A stretch of DNA of 64,000 bases from Leptolyngbyaceae cyanobacterium (GTDB lineage Bacteria > Cyanobacteriota > Cyanobacteriia > Phormidesmidales > Phormidesmidaceae), in contig CBDHHL010000032.1 in NCBI GenBank assembly GCA_965263355.1, forward strand, positions 768,001 to 832,000. Reading direction: 5' to 3'. Under the pieces are notes generated by a model. It ran no database searches, was not told the origin of the DNA, and was given only the letters and a program-made list of their open reading frames with translations. Both the position numbers and the translations under genes were made by a program. The stretch's first letter is position 1; every line of letters begins with the position of its first letter. This document shows, piece after piece, positions 1-11,483 of the stretch.

Positions 1-1396
1 TCAAGCTAAGAGTGAATTCCTTGCCAATATGAGCCATGAGCTGCGAACACCATTGAATGGCATATTAGGATATGCTCAGATTCTTTTAAGGGATAGTGCA
101 ATAGCACCAAAACAAAAGAATAGCCTTGACATTATTCAAAGATGTGGTAATCATCTGTTAACATTGATCAATGACATTTTAGACCTATCTAAGATAGAAG
201 CTCGAAAGCTTGAACTCTTGCCCAAGTCATTCTACCTTCCAGCTTTTTTGCAGAGCATACAGGAGCTAAGTCAAGTAAAGGCAATGGAGAAGGGCTTGGA
301 AATCATTAATGATTTTGATCCAAATCTACCAGCAGGAATTTTGGCCGATGAAAAACGTCTCGGGCAGGTCTTAATTAACTTGTTAGGTAACGCAGTTAAA
401 TTTACCCAAACCGGGAAAATTTACTTTCGGGTCAAACGACTACCTATCAACTGTGAGCCCATGGACAACCATCGCCTTCATTTTGAAATTGAAGATTCTG
501 GTGTGGGTATTTCTCCAGAAGATATGGAAAAAATATTTCTACCGTTTGAACAGGTGGGCGACAAACAGAAAAAGCATGAAGGGACTGGTTTGGGGCTAGC
601 CATCAGTCAACAGATCATTACATTGATGGGAGGTCAATTGCAGGCCACCAGTAAAGTCAATCAGGGAACTAAGTTCTGGTTTGATATTGATGTACCTGAG
701 GTCAAAAACTTTGCCTATGATTCTTCTAGCGATGAACAAAGAACCATTATTGGCTATAAGAATAGAACACAAACTGTACTTGTGGTGGATGACAGATGGG
801 AAAACAGGGCGGTCTTAATAGGTCTATTGGAACCCCTTGGCTTCCAGATTATTGAAGCGACTAATGGCCGAGAGGCGCTAGACAAAATCCAGACACAGCA
901 GAAAATTGACCTGATGATAACGGATTTAGTTATGCCTGAGATGAACGGCTTTGATCTGCTTAAGCGCATGCGTCAATCCCCTGATTTAGAAAAGGTGGTT
1001 GCGATCGCATCGTCAGCCAGTGTATTTGAAGCAGATCAACTTGAAAGCCTTAATGCTGGGGCTGATGACTTTTTACCTAAACCCGTCCAAACTAGTAAGC
1101 TGTTAGAGCTAATTCAAAAACATTTACAGTTAGAATGGGTATATGGGACACCAGTAGCAGATTCTCCAGCAACATCTACAAACAAAGCAGCCCTTACACC
1201 TCCTCCTAAAAACGTTCTAGATTTCCTATCTGGTCTTATTAAACTAGGAGACATTGACGCCATTATTGAACAGACCACTATAATTCAGCATAAATATCCC
1301 CAAGCTAAAGAATTTGCATTACAAGTAAAACACCTTGCAGAAACCTGTTACATGGACGAATTAGAGTTCTTAATCAACTCACATATGACAACATAG
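1..1396 (+). CDS. Hybrid sensor histidine kinase (HisKA-HATPase-REC), 5'-truncated by window edge
   Basis: Frame open from base 2 (QAKSEFLANMSHELRTPL); H-box, N-box NLLGNAVKF, DSGVGI, GTGLGL; C-terminal receiver VVDD...DLVMP...KP. Confidence 0.95.
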   Translation, partial: QAKSEFLANMSHELRTPLNGILGYAQILLRDSAIAPKQKNSLDIIQRCGNHLLTLINDILDLSKIEARKLELLPKSFYLPAFLQSIQELSQVKAMEKGLEIINDFDPNLPAGILADEKRLGQVLINLLGNAVKFTQTGKIYFRVKRLPINCEPMDNHRLHFEIEDSGVGISPEDMEKIFLPFEQVGDKQKKHEGTGLGLAISQQIITLMGGQLQATSKVNQGTKFWFDIDVPEVKNFAYDSSSDEQRTIIGYKNRTQTVLVVDDRWENRAVLIGLLEPLGFQIIEATNGREALDKIQTQQKIDLMITDLVMPEMNGFDLLKRMRQSPDLEKVVAIASSASVFEADQLESLNAGADDFLPKPVQTSKLLELIQKHLQLEWVYGTPVADSPATSTNKAALTPPPKNVLDFLSGLIKLGDIDAIIEQTTIIQHKYPQAKEFALQVKHLAETCYMDELEFLINSHMTT

Positions 1397-1417
1397 AAGT
1401 AAGCATTTTTGTAAACG

Positions 1418-2818
1418 ATGGTGACCCCTTCCGCAACCTATTTATTACATAACCATCCTAAGGATGCTCCCGAACGGTTCATTCTGGTTGTAGATGATGA
1501 GCCTGCAAATTTATCCCTATTAAAGGAAACACTCTCATCCACCGGGCATAAGGTTCGTGTTGTCACCAGTGGAAAAAAAGCCCTTGAAATCGTCCAGAAG
1601 CAACAGCCGATTTTAATTTTATTAGATATCTCTATGCCAGGGATAGATGGCTTTGAGACCTGCCATTTACTCAAAAATAATCCAGAAACAGCTAACATCC
1701 CAATCATATTTGCGACCGCCGTTTCAGAAACGAGTCAAAAGGTTAAAGGCTTTTCCCTAGGAGCTGTAGACTACATTACCAAACCTTTTCACGTTGAAGA
1801 AGTCGTAGCACGAGTCAAAGCTCAACTCGCACTACAACAGCTGACAACCACACTGCGACACAAAAACCAACAGCTGGAACAGGAAATAAAAGCACGTAAA
1901 CTAGCAGAACGTATTCTTCAGAACACAAATTACAGGCTTGAACAAAGTTTAAAGCAGCTCAAAAGCACTCAAGTACAGCTAATCCAGAGTGCAAAAATGT
2001 CTAGTCTAGGCATTCTGGTGGCAGGAGTGGCCCATGAAATCAATAATCCGATTAACTTCATCTATGGCAATCTTGACCCTGCCCAAAATTACTGTCAAAG
2101 CTTACTAAATCTGCTCAAACGCTACCGACAAGAACATCTGAATCCATCTCAAGAACTCCAAAATTACATTGATGAAATCGATTTTTCCTTTTTAGAAAAC
2201 GATTTGCCCAAGTTGTTTGAATCTCTAAGCAAAGGTACAGAACGTATTCGTCAAATCGTCTTATCACTACGAAATTTCTCTCGCCATGATGAGGCTGAGA
2301 TGAAAGTCGTCAATATTCATGAAGGGATTGATAACACCCTTGTAATTTTGCACAATCGCCTAAAATATCAGACTGATCGACCTGATATTCAAGTTGAAAA
2401 AGAATATGGCAACATACCATTGATTGAATGCTATCCTGGCCAACTCAATCAGGTTTTCATGAATATCTTAGCCAATGCTATTGAAGCCATTGAGGAATAC
2501 AACCACCAAAGAAGCATTGAAGAGGTTCATTTAAATCCTGGCAAAATTAAAATTAGAACTGAGGCATCTGACCCTCAGCATATCGTAATTCATATCAGTG
2601 ATAACGGTATCGGCGTACCCGACAACATTAAAGCAAAGTTGTTTGATCCCTTCTTTACAACTAAACCAGTCGGCCAAGGAACTGGGTTAGGGTTATCCAT
2701 TAGCCACAATATTGTTACTGAGAAGCATGGTGGCAACTTAACGTACACCTCAATACCAAGTCAGGGCAGCTCATTTGTGATTGAACTTCCCATTCGAAAT
2801 GACACCACAGGAATGTAA
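1418..2818 (+). CDS. Hybrid response regulator/histidine kinase (REC-HisKA-HATPase)
   Basis: N-terminal receiver (VVDD, LDISMP, TKPF); AHEINNP H-box; DNGIG and GTGLGL boxes. Confidence 0.95.
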   Translation: MVTPSATYLLHNHPKDAPERFILVVDDEPANLSLLKETLSSTGHKVRVVTSGKKALEIVQKQQPILILLDISMPGIDGFETCHLLKNNPETANIPIIFATAVSETSQKVKGFSLGAVDYITKPFHVEEVVARVKAQLALQQLTTTLRHKNQQLEQEIKARKLAERILQNTNYRLEQSLKQLKSTQVQLIQSAKMSSLGILVAGVAHEINNPINFIYGNLDPAQNYCQSLLNLLKRYRQEHLNPSQELQNYIDEIDFSFLENDLPKLFESLSKGTERIRQIVLSLRNFSRHDEAEMKVVNIHEGIDNTLVILHNRLKYQTDRPDIQVEKEYGNIPLIECYPGQLNQVFMNILANAIEAIEEYNHQRSIEEVHLNPGKIKIRTEASDPQHIVIHISDNGIGVPDNIKAKLFDPFFTTKPVGQGTGLGLSISHNIVTEKHGGNLTYTSIPSQGSSFVIELPIRNDTTGM

Positions 2819-3057
2819 GTAGACCAGTACAATCTTTTATAAGATATGAGATATGAACAAACTGTTTAACGTCTTAGAATCTGCTGCAATACGCCTCATC
2901 ATTCACGACTCACTATTCACCGCCTAATCCCAAGTTTAAGCTTGACGCAATTCTACATTAGTGATCGTCAGGTAGTGAAATCAGTACTCATTTGGGTGAG
3001 TCCTCCATAGTAGACCAGTCGCTACAATAGTACTGAAGCTGCATGTAAGGAGATGCG

Positions 3058-4317
3058 ATGGAGGCATCCACCGAAAATTCACCATCATTGCCAACGCGTC
3101 GCAGGTTAACGCCATGGCAAAGTGTTAAGGCTAATCTATCGTTGGCTCAGGCCACCCAGCGATTTCTCAATTGGTTCGCCGTTGATGATGCCCAAGTTAC
3201 GAGCATTCTAGAAAAAATCAGGGCAGAGTTACCAACCACCGAAGCCTGGCTGATCGGCAAACCCCAATCTGGTAAAAGCTCAGTGATCCGAGGGTTAACT
3301 GGTGTTTCCACAGATATTATTGGCCAAGGATTTCGGCCCCATACCCAGCACACCAAGCGCTATGCCTATCCCTCAGACGATCTGCCGTTACTATTATTTA
3401 CTGATACTGTCGGTCTAGGGGATGTGGATCGTGATGTTAAAAGTATTATCCAGGAACTACAGGATGACCTGGCTCAACAGGCCCGAGGGGCCAGAATATT
3501 GCTGGTAACCGTTAAGATAAGCGATTTTGCCATCGATAGTTTGCACCAGGTTTTACGTGAGATTAGGACCAAACACCCAACAATTCCCGTCGTTTTGGTG
3601 GTAACGTGCCTCCACGAACTCTACCATGCTGGCATCGAGCATTCTCCCTATCCCCCGACACAAGTCTCTGTTCAGCGGGCCTTTAGCGAACTTAAACGGA
3701 GCTTTGAAAGTCTCTTTGACAGTGCTGTCATGATTGACTTTACACTGGAAGAGGATGGCTACTTACCTGTTTTCTATGGTTTAGATGCTCTGTTAACCAG
3801 ACTCTCCGAGCAGCTACCAGAAGCTGAATCCAATGCAATTTATCAGCTGCTTGACCAGGCCAATGAAGCCACTAGTCAACTGGGAGCTATTTATCGCGAT
3901 GTAGCGCGACGTTATATTTCAGCCTTTGCCGTCATTGCAGCCACATTAGCAGCCATACCGCTACCCTTTGCCACTATGCCAGCTATTACCGCACTGCAAG
4001 TTTCAATGATTGTGGCATTGGGACAGCTCTATGGCCAACGGCTTAGCTTTTCCCAAGCAGGCGGTGTGGCTAGTACCATTGCTGGAGGCTTTTTGGCCCA
4101 GGCCATAGGACGCGAGTTAATCAAACTCGTCCCTGGTTTTGGTAGTGTGGTTGCGGCCTCTTGGGCTGCGGCTTACACCTGGGCACTGGGTGAAGGTGCT
4201 TGTGTTTATTTTGGCGATCTCATGGGGGGTAAAAAACCTGACCCTGAACAAATTCAAGCTGCTATGAAAGAGGCCTTTAAATCGGCCAAGGAAAGATTGC
4301 GCAAAAACCCCAAGTAA
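3058..4317 (+). CDS. YcjF/DUF697 family protein with N-terminal GTPase-like P-loop
   Basis: GKPQSGKSS, DTVG; C-terminal hydrophobic PLPFA...LIKLVPGFG region. Confidence 0.8.
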   Translation: MEASTENSPSLPTRRRLTPWQSVKANLSLAQATQRFLNWFAVDDAQVTSILEKIRAELPTTEAWLIGKPQSGKSSVIRGLTGVSTDIIGQGFRPHTQHTKRYAYPSDDLPLLLFTDTVGLGDVDRDVKSIIQELQDDLAQQARGARILLVTVKISDFAIDSLHQVLREIRTKHPTIPVVLVVTCLHELYHAGIEHSPYPPTQVSVQRAFSELKRSFESLFDSAVMIDFTLEEDGYLPVFYGLDALLTRLSEQLPEAESNAIYQLLDQANEATSQLGAIYRDVARRYISAFAVIAATLAAIPLPFATMPAITALQVSMIVALGQLYGQRLSFSQAGGVASTIAGGFLAQAIGRELIKLVPGFGSVVAASWAAAYTWALGEGACVYFGDLMGGKKPDPEQIQAAMKEAFKSAKERLRKNPK

Positions 4318-4322
4318 GGGCG

Positions 4323-5177
4323 TTATTCCAAAAAATAGGGAGGACGCGTATTCTTTTTAGGCCAGCTGTTGGAAATAAAATGGATCAACGTAGGGGCAGC
4401 CAAACATAAACCAATTAGTCCTACCCACCATGTTTGTTGAAAATCACTAATGTCAAACGTTTGAGGTTCTGGTGACAACAACTCTGGAGCAACAGAAACA
4501 ATATTGTTGAGGGCGTGGGCGATAATCGGTACCCACAAGCTACGGGTGCGCACGTACAACAGTGCCATAATCACTCCAAACATGGTGAGTCCCATGGGAT
4601 TATTAATATGCAATATACCAAACAGCACTGAGGACATAATGATCCCTACTGGTAAATTCCACCGTACTGCCCACCGTTGCAGCAAGACACCACGAAACAC
4701 AAATTCCTCAGCAACTGGCGCAAACACGAGCACCACAAACAGCATTAAGTAACGATATAGATCCGGGGCAGCTGTTTCAACACTTAACAGATTCTCTGTC
4801 AAACGTTCTTCGACAAAACCAGGGGCAAACAGCGAAACCGGATAGAATAATAATAAAAAGCTGCTAAAGGAAAATATTAGCATGCTGGAAATCAGCAATA
4901 TGCCATAGGCCCAGGGAAAACGGGGTGGTGGACCAAATAAACGGGGAAATTGCAAACCAGCCTGGGACCCACTCACAATCAGTACAACGCATACCAAACC
5001 AAAAATCATCATGAATTGCACTGGCATCCACAATTGGTCATCCAAGGGCCAGGGCAACAGTTGCTGATATTCCAAGACACCGTAGACTATGCCGACAAGC
5101 AAGTTGCTGAGAATAAAAGCAACAAAGACATGGGTGCGGAATTTAATTACTTCGAAGGGGTTCCTACCCATGCTCAA
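4323..5177 (-). CDS. CPBP (CAAX/Abi) family intramembrane protease
   Basis: EEFVFRG, FGILH, HALNN motifs; multiple TM helices. Confidence 0.92.
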   Translation of the reverse strand: MSMGRNPFEVIKFRTHVFVAFILSNLLVGIVYGVLEYQQLLPWPLDDQLWMPVQFMMIFGLVCVVLIVSGSQAGLQFPRLFGPPPRFPWAYGILLISSMLIFSFSSFLLLFYPVSLFAPGFVEERLTENLLSVETAAPDLYRYLMLFVVLVFAPVAEEFVFRGVLLQRWAVRWNLPVGIIMSSVLFGILHINNPMGLTMFGVIMALLYVRTRSLWVPIIAHALNNIVSVAPELLSPEPQTFDISDFQQTWWVGLIGLCLAAPTLIHFISNSWPKKNTRPPYFLE

Positions 5178-5316
5178 ATTTGGATAATTAGAACGTATTT
5201 CATTGTAAATCAGAAATACTTAAGGCATTAATGACATCACTTGTCAGGCCATTACAGCTTGCCTTAGCACTATGCTAAAACTGCATAGCAGTAGAGTGGT
5301 ACATCAGGATAGACAT

Positions 5317-6201
5317 ATGTGCGATCGCACAGACACCCACAAACCCTGGCAGCCTCATACCCTATGGTCCAAGTTACAAGCCCAGACTCAGCACGGCTTA
5401 GCGACGGGAGCTCTCAAACCTATCGATACCAAGCACGAAATTGTCTCCGATGGTGGCGTGGAGTTCATTGTGCGCATTTTAGCCAACTTAAACCGCAAAG
5501 CCCAGGACCGTAAGATCCAGAGCAAGCAAAAGACCAATCCGTTTTTACCTTACGATCCTAACCTTTACGTCACAGACATTTCCAAAACCCACGTTTGCCT
5601 GCTAAACAAGTTCAATGTCGTCGCCCATCATTTTCTAATTGTTACCCGAGAGTTTGACTCTCAACTTAACTGGCTAAACCTGACCGATTTTGAAGCCCTT
5701 TGCTGCTGTTTAAGTGAAGTAGCAGGCCTATTCTTTTATAATGGAGGCCCTGCTGCTGGCGCTAGCCAGCCCCACAAACATCTACAGCTGATTCCACAGC
5801 AGTCCATGGCACTGCCCGTAGAAACAGCCATCCATGCCACTAATTTTGTCGATGGTATTGGCCAATCTCCTCTGCTACCCTATGCCCATCGCATTGTTCA
5901 ACTAAATCCTGATGATGGGGCTCAACAATGGCTACAGCACTACTATCGATTGTTGAGTAGATTAAACATGGATGATCCCACAGGGCAATGGAAAGGCTGC
6001 CAACGCGAGGCTTACAACCTACTGGGTACACGCAATTGGCTAATGATAGTACCACGACGCCAGGACGATTACCTAGGTATTTCCGTTAATTCCCTAGGAT
6101 TTGCCGGTTCGCTCTTAGTTAAAAACCAGATACAAATGGACCAACTTAAAGAAATTGGCCCATTCACATTGCTAAAGGAAGTCGGTCAGCCAATTTTATA
6201 G
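5317..6201 (+). CDS. ATP adenylyltransferase / Ap4A phosphorylase (Apa2-like); alternative start 5272
   Basis: NPFLPY, LLNKFNV, FYNGGPAAGASQPHKHLQ, NSLGFAG motifs. Confidence 0.9.
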   Translation: MCDRTDTHKPWQPHTLWSKLQAQTQHGLATGALKPIDTKHEIVSDGGVEFIVRILANLNRKAQDRKIQSKQKTNPFLPYDPNLYVTDISKTHVCLLNKFNVVAHHFLIVTREFDSQLNWLNLTDFEALCCCLSEVAGLFFYNGGPAAGASQPHKHLQLIPQQSMALPVETAIHATNFVDGIGQSPLLPYAHRIVQLNPDDGAQQWLQHYYRLLSRLNMDDPTGQWKGCQREAYNLLGTRNWLMIVPRRQDDYLGISVNSLGFAGSLLVKNQIQMDQLKEIGPFTLLKEVGQPIL

Positions 6202-6221
6202 CTTGGGTTGAGTCGTTACTT

Positions 6222-6259
6222 TTAGCGTAGGGATGTTCCATGGAACATCCCTACGCTAA
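6222..6259. repeat. Perfect 38-bp palindrome, GTAG-type REP-like element; probable bidirectional terminator between convergent genes
   Basis: TTAGCGTAGGGATGTTCCA|TGGAACATCCCTACGCTAA. Confidence 0.85.
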
Positions 6260-6274
6260 TCAAACAAATCAAAC

Positions 6275-6589
6275 CTAAATCAAAGCTGAAATATCCTCAC
6301 CGCACTCGTCAGCTAGAAAGCACAAGGCACGGAAGCGTAGACCCACCACCTCGTCATATAAGGGGTTGAGCTTGCACATGGGTGGAATGTGAGCAACTGT
6401 GCGACCGAACAGGAGCACATCACGCTCAAACGGACATTGAGAAGGCACAAATCGCGCAATACGACGGGCCCACCTAGGATCCTTAACATCTAAAGCATCA
6501 ATCCAACGTCTAATAGGCTGCAGCGGCTTGAGCTGGAACTTAACGCCATGAAAGACATGATTCTTCAGAAATGCAGTGGCAGAAGACAT
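6275..6589 (-). CDS. Mo-dependent nitrogenase C-terminal domain protein (cyanobacterial, function unknown)
   Basis: PSQCPFERD...HIPPMCKLNPLY...LRFRAL signature. Confidence 0.9.
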   Translation of the reverse strand: MSSATAFLKNHVFHGVKFQLKPLQPIRRWIDALDVKDPRWARRIARFVPSQCPFERDVLLFGRTVAHIPPMCKLNPLYDEVVGLRFRALCFLADECGEDISALI

Positions 6590-7354
6590 GATTTAGATAA
6601 AAGACGTAGTTTTTCAGGAAAACAGATTTTTAGAAGCGCTAATTCTTTAGATAAAGGGGTTTTATAAAAATTTGAAGGGTCATATATAAATCCCCTCTAC
6701 ATTAAGCAATTAAAGTTGTGTCTAGGTAAAGCGAACAATAACCCTGACGAAAGTTTTCTAAAGGTCCAATAAAGACCAAGAACTATAAAAATAAAGTAAT
6801 TTGAATTATTTTTTATCCAGACTGATGCTAGAAGATGAATCTAACTTTGTGTGTTACAAGCAAGACATTTTCCGCAATCTGATGCAAGATACGCATCTAT
6901 TCTTTAGATTTCCGGATACTCGTAAGAACCTGGAAAAAAGTTTATCAACTTGGCTAACGTTGGTAGTGAAAACCAGGAAATTAAACAACATTAAAATCAT
7001 ATTTCCCTAATCGTCCCAAGCATCACCTACAAGGCTGAGGTAAAAATAATCACCTACTCTAAGTCAAAAAACATAGACATATTAAGTAATATTAATAGTC
7101 ATTCCATAATATCCCCTAAAGTTGCCAAGAAAGCTTATTTAAAACTGACACTGTGCATCGATATTATTCGTTATTATTTTTTAAAATTATTTATCAGACT
7201 TGCATAAACTCAATAGAAGTTGATGCCTAAGTGTAGATGTGACATCTAACTCATGGGGATCGCTGATATCAGGTTAGATATCACCTTATTTGATGGATAC
7301 TACACAGTCACTTCGATAATTGGGCGGTACCAAGGATCGGTTATCGCGAATTAA

Positions 7355-9112
<1,758 letters not shown>

Positions 9113-9153
9113 ACATCCCATCACCTGAATTCGATATCCTGTAAGGGTATTGC

Positions 9154-9197
9154 ATAAACCTGTAGGGGCATTGCATGCAATGCCCCTACAGGTTTAT
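9154..9197. repeat. Perfect 44-bp palindrome, GTAG-type REP-like element downstream of groEL
   Basis: ATAAACCTGTAGGGGCATTGCA|TGCAATGCCCCTACAGGTTTAT, preceded by a degenerate half-copy at about 9138-9155. Confidence 0.85.
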
Positions 9198-9299
9198 ATC
9201 TATATTTTTTAATATCGATTGACGCCAGGATATGAATTGGCGATACTTTTCATAGTACATATTTACTTAGACAATAATCAGAACCAGCCAGTGACTCAA

Positions 9300-9791
9300 A
9301 TGTCTAACCTAGCCAAGCTCCAGGAGGTGGAACTCAGCCAACGGATTTTAGAGATGGCAAAGGCCGGTGTTTATAGAGAGTCGCTGTTTGATACGTTTAG
9401 TGGGGTGGCGAGTAAACGACAGGTTAGGGCTGCGATCGCAACTGCTAAACAATTCGGTCTTCGCTCTAATCCGACCCTCCGCGACACCGACCTGGGCACT
9501 TACTACCACATCGACCCAAAGCAGTATGAAAGTTTTCAAATGCTACTGGAGTCAGCAATTTCTCCAGTATCCACAGATGATGTGGCCACTCGTTTAAGAA
9601 AACTGACTGAAGCAGTACAGATTTTGGTGCGGGTTTCTGGGGGAGTTGCGATCGCACTATTGATTGGCGGTAGCCTCTGCGTGCTCAACGGTAACCTTAC
9701 CTTGGCCTCGACCATCTGGAGTGCATCTCTGGCTGTGAGCCTGGTGTGGATGGTACAAAAATTGTTGGTTGGATCGTTGTTAGAGGTATAA
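9300..9791 (+). CDS. Hypothetical membrane protein (two C-terminal TM helices); start uncertain (9219/9291/9300)
   Basis: ORF with soluble N-terminus and two hydrophobic segments. Confidence 0.75.
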   Translation: MSNLAKLQEVELSQRILEMAKAGVYRESLFDTFSGVASKRQVRAAIATAKQFGLRSNPTLRDTDLGTYYHIDPKQYESFQMLLESAISPVSTDDVATRLRKLTEAVQILVRVSGGVAIALLIGGSLCVLNGNLTLASTIWSASLAVSLVWMVQKLLVGSLLEV

Positions 9792-10044
9792 GTCTGTATT
9801 CTCTGGTAACTCCTCATAGTCTTGGCACAGACGCCTTGCCTTGTCCAACCAAGAAAGTGTTCGCTATCCATCGATAAGAAGCCTAAAAAGACTCTCTCTC
9901 AACTTTGCTTTTATCTTTTCAATAAGGTGATATACCTGTTCGGTAATCTCTCCTAACTCTCCCTAAATGCTTGGCCAACTAATATTTTTCAATTCTCACA
10001 CAGGCTTTGATACAGGTTCTAATTCCGCCACTGCCACCTTCTCA

Positions 10045-10716
10045 TCACGATGAGGAATCCAACACCATCAGACACCCTTCTACAATCAGATAGGCTGTTC
10101 GACCTTTACCAATAGAAACCTCGTACCCTCCAGTAAACGAGCCAAAAGAGGGTAGCGTTAGCCGTTGAAACTGGTGCTCATGGTAAAAACAAGGCAACCG
10201 CAGGCTATCGATAGCAGATTGTAATTGCACAACTGGATGTACATGACCACAGACATTCAAGTGACTTTTGGGTAGGTTATCCAAATTAACAGGTTCATGG
10301 CTAAGTAATAACGTTCCCAACGCGATCGGATGAGTGCTGTAGCTCATATTAAAAACAGGTGCCAACGCTGCCCGATCATGGTTGCCAACAATTAGAGTAG
10401 TAATGGCATCGGTATCTTCCAGAAATTTGGACCAGGCAGCTTCGACTTCGGCTACCATGCCCTGGCGAGAGTGAAATAGATCACCTAAAACAAAAATTTG
10501 TCGGGGTTGGACTTGATTGCAGAGTGCTCTCAACCGCTCCAACGTCTCTTCATTGACCTGTTGCGCCACTGGAATGCCAGCTAATTGAAACGTTTCAGCC
10601 TTACCCAGATGCATGTCTGATAGCAATAGAGCCTGATATTTAGGAACATACAGCGCCCGATCTAAAAATACGAGTGCATCTCCCTGCAATATGTTGACCG
10701 ATTGACCATTTTGCAT
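10045..10716 (-). CDS. pdeM: Ligase-associated DNA damage response endonuclease PdeM (metallophosphoesterase)
   Basis: DMHLGK, GDLFH, GNHD, HEP, GHVHP, LPSFGSFTGG. Confidence 0.88.
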   Translation of the reverse strand: MQNGQSVNILQGDALVFLDRALYVPKYQALLLSDMHLGKAETFQLAGIPVAQQVNEETLERLRALCNQVQPRQIFVLGDLFHSRQGMVAEVEAAWSKFLEDTDAITTLIVGNHDRAALAPVFNMSYSTHPIALGTLLLSHEPVNLDNLPKSHLNVCGHVHPVVQLQSAIDSLRLPCFYHEHQFQRLTLPSFGSFTGGYEVSIGKGRTAYLIVEGCLMVLDSSS

Positions 10717-11215
10717 ATTATTTCATGTACCTGACAGAACTACGAAAAATGACCAAAAAAGAGTTCTAAGCAATCCAAGTAATAACACTAAATTGCTATA
10801 TGTAGACAAGAGTAGGATAGTGCATTTAGTAAGTGAAAGCCCCATCGAAATGATGAAAGCACGTATTCAAGTACTATTTCATCCAACACTCCGCCAGTAA
10901 ATTGGCACATTCAATAATAATGACGAATCCAATGGATCACAGCGCCTAAAAAAGCTTAAATTCTCAATAAACAAGACTTATTGAGAATTATGAAAAATGG
11001 TTCATATGAACTGAATAGGGCATCAAAGTCTATCTGGGAAAGGCTTTCAGATTTAATATCCGAGTGTGACAGTGGAGAGAGCGGAATGTCGGTTTCATAG
11101 TTTGAAATCAAGAAATCTAAAGCGCTAATTTTTTCTAGTTAGTAATATGGACAAATTTTAGTTTCCGGAAATTCATAGCATAAATTCTCTCAAAAAACGC
11201 TTCTAAAGGCTAGTT

Positions 11216-11387
11216 GGTACTGGTTCCCCCTGATGGGACGATTCGGCCAGAACGCTTGTGATGCAAGGGTATAGTATTTTTAGAAGAGAATCACTGAAAT
11301 CCTCGCTCTGCAGGCTTTTCAGCCATTTTTTCCATTGGGCGGAACCAATGCCCAGGTTAATCACTTCCCATTAGACGGACCAGTGCC
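11216..11387. mobile_element. Degenerate MITE-like element / IS-end remnants
   Basis: GGTACTGGTTCCCCCTGATGG (11216) is an inverted repeat (16/21) of 11332-11352; a third related end lies at 11367-11387; no TSD seen. Confidence 0.5.
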
Positions 11388-11483
11388 TTCCAATCTAATA
11401 CATCTTAGGGCAATAGGAGCTTGGATTTACTTTGACTTGTCCGAAGTTAATTGGTAAGTTTCTTGTACCGATAAGCTAATGGT

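Noticed and set aside
6275..6589. 'Mo-dependent nitrogenase' domain as evidence of nitrogen fixation
   Set aside because: The domain name is historical; no nif genes are in the window.
6801..7010. 69-aa TTG-start ORF upstream of groEL
   Set aside because: AT-rich intergenic region with no recognisable motif; likely spurious.
7335..7350. Possible K-box upstream of groEL (GATCGGTTATCGCGAA)
   Set aside because: Three mismatches to the recalled consensus GTTCGG-NNAN-CCNNAC; too weak to call.
9835..9910. Possible degenerate minus-strand copy of the 69-bp element (also weak hints near 2930 and 40090)
   Set aside because: Only short matches (CCTTGTCCA, TCAACTT); the stem is not recoverable.
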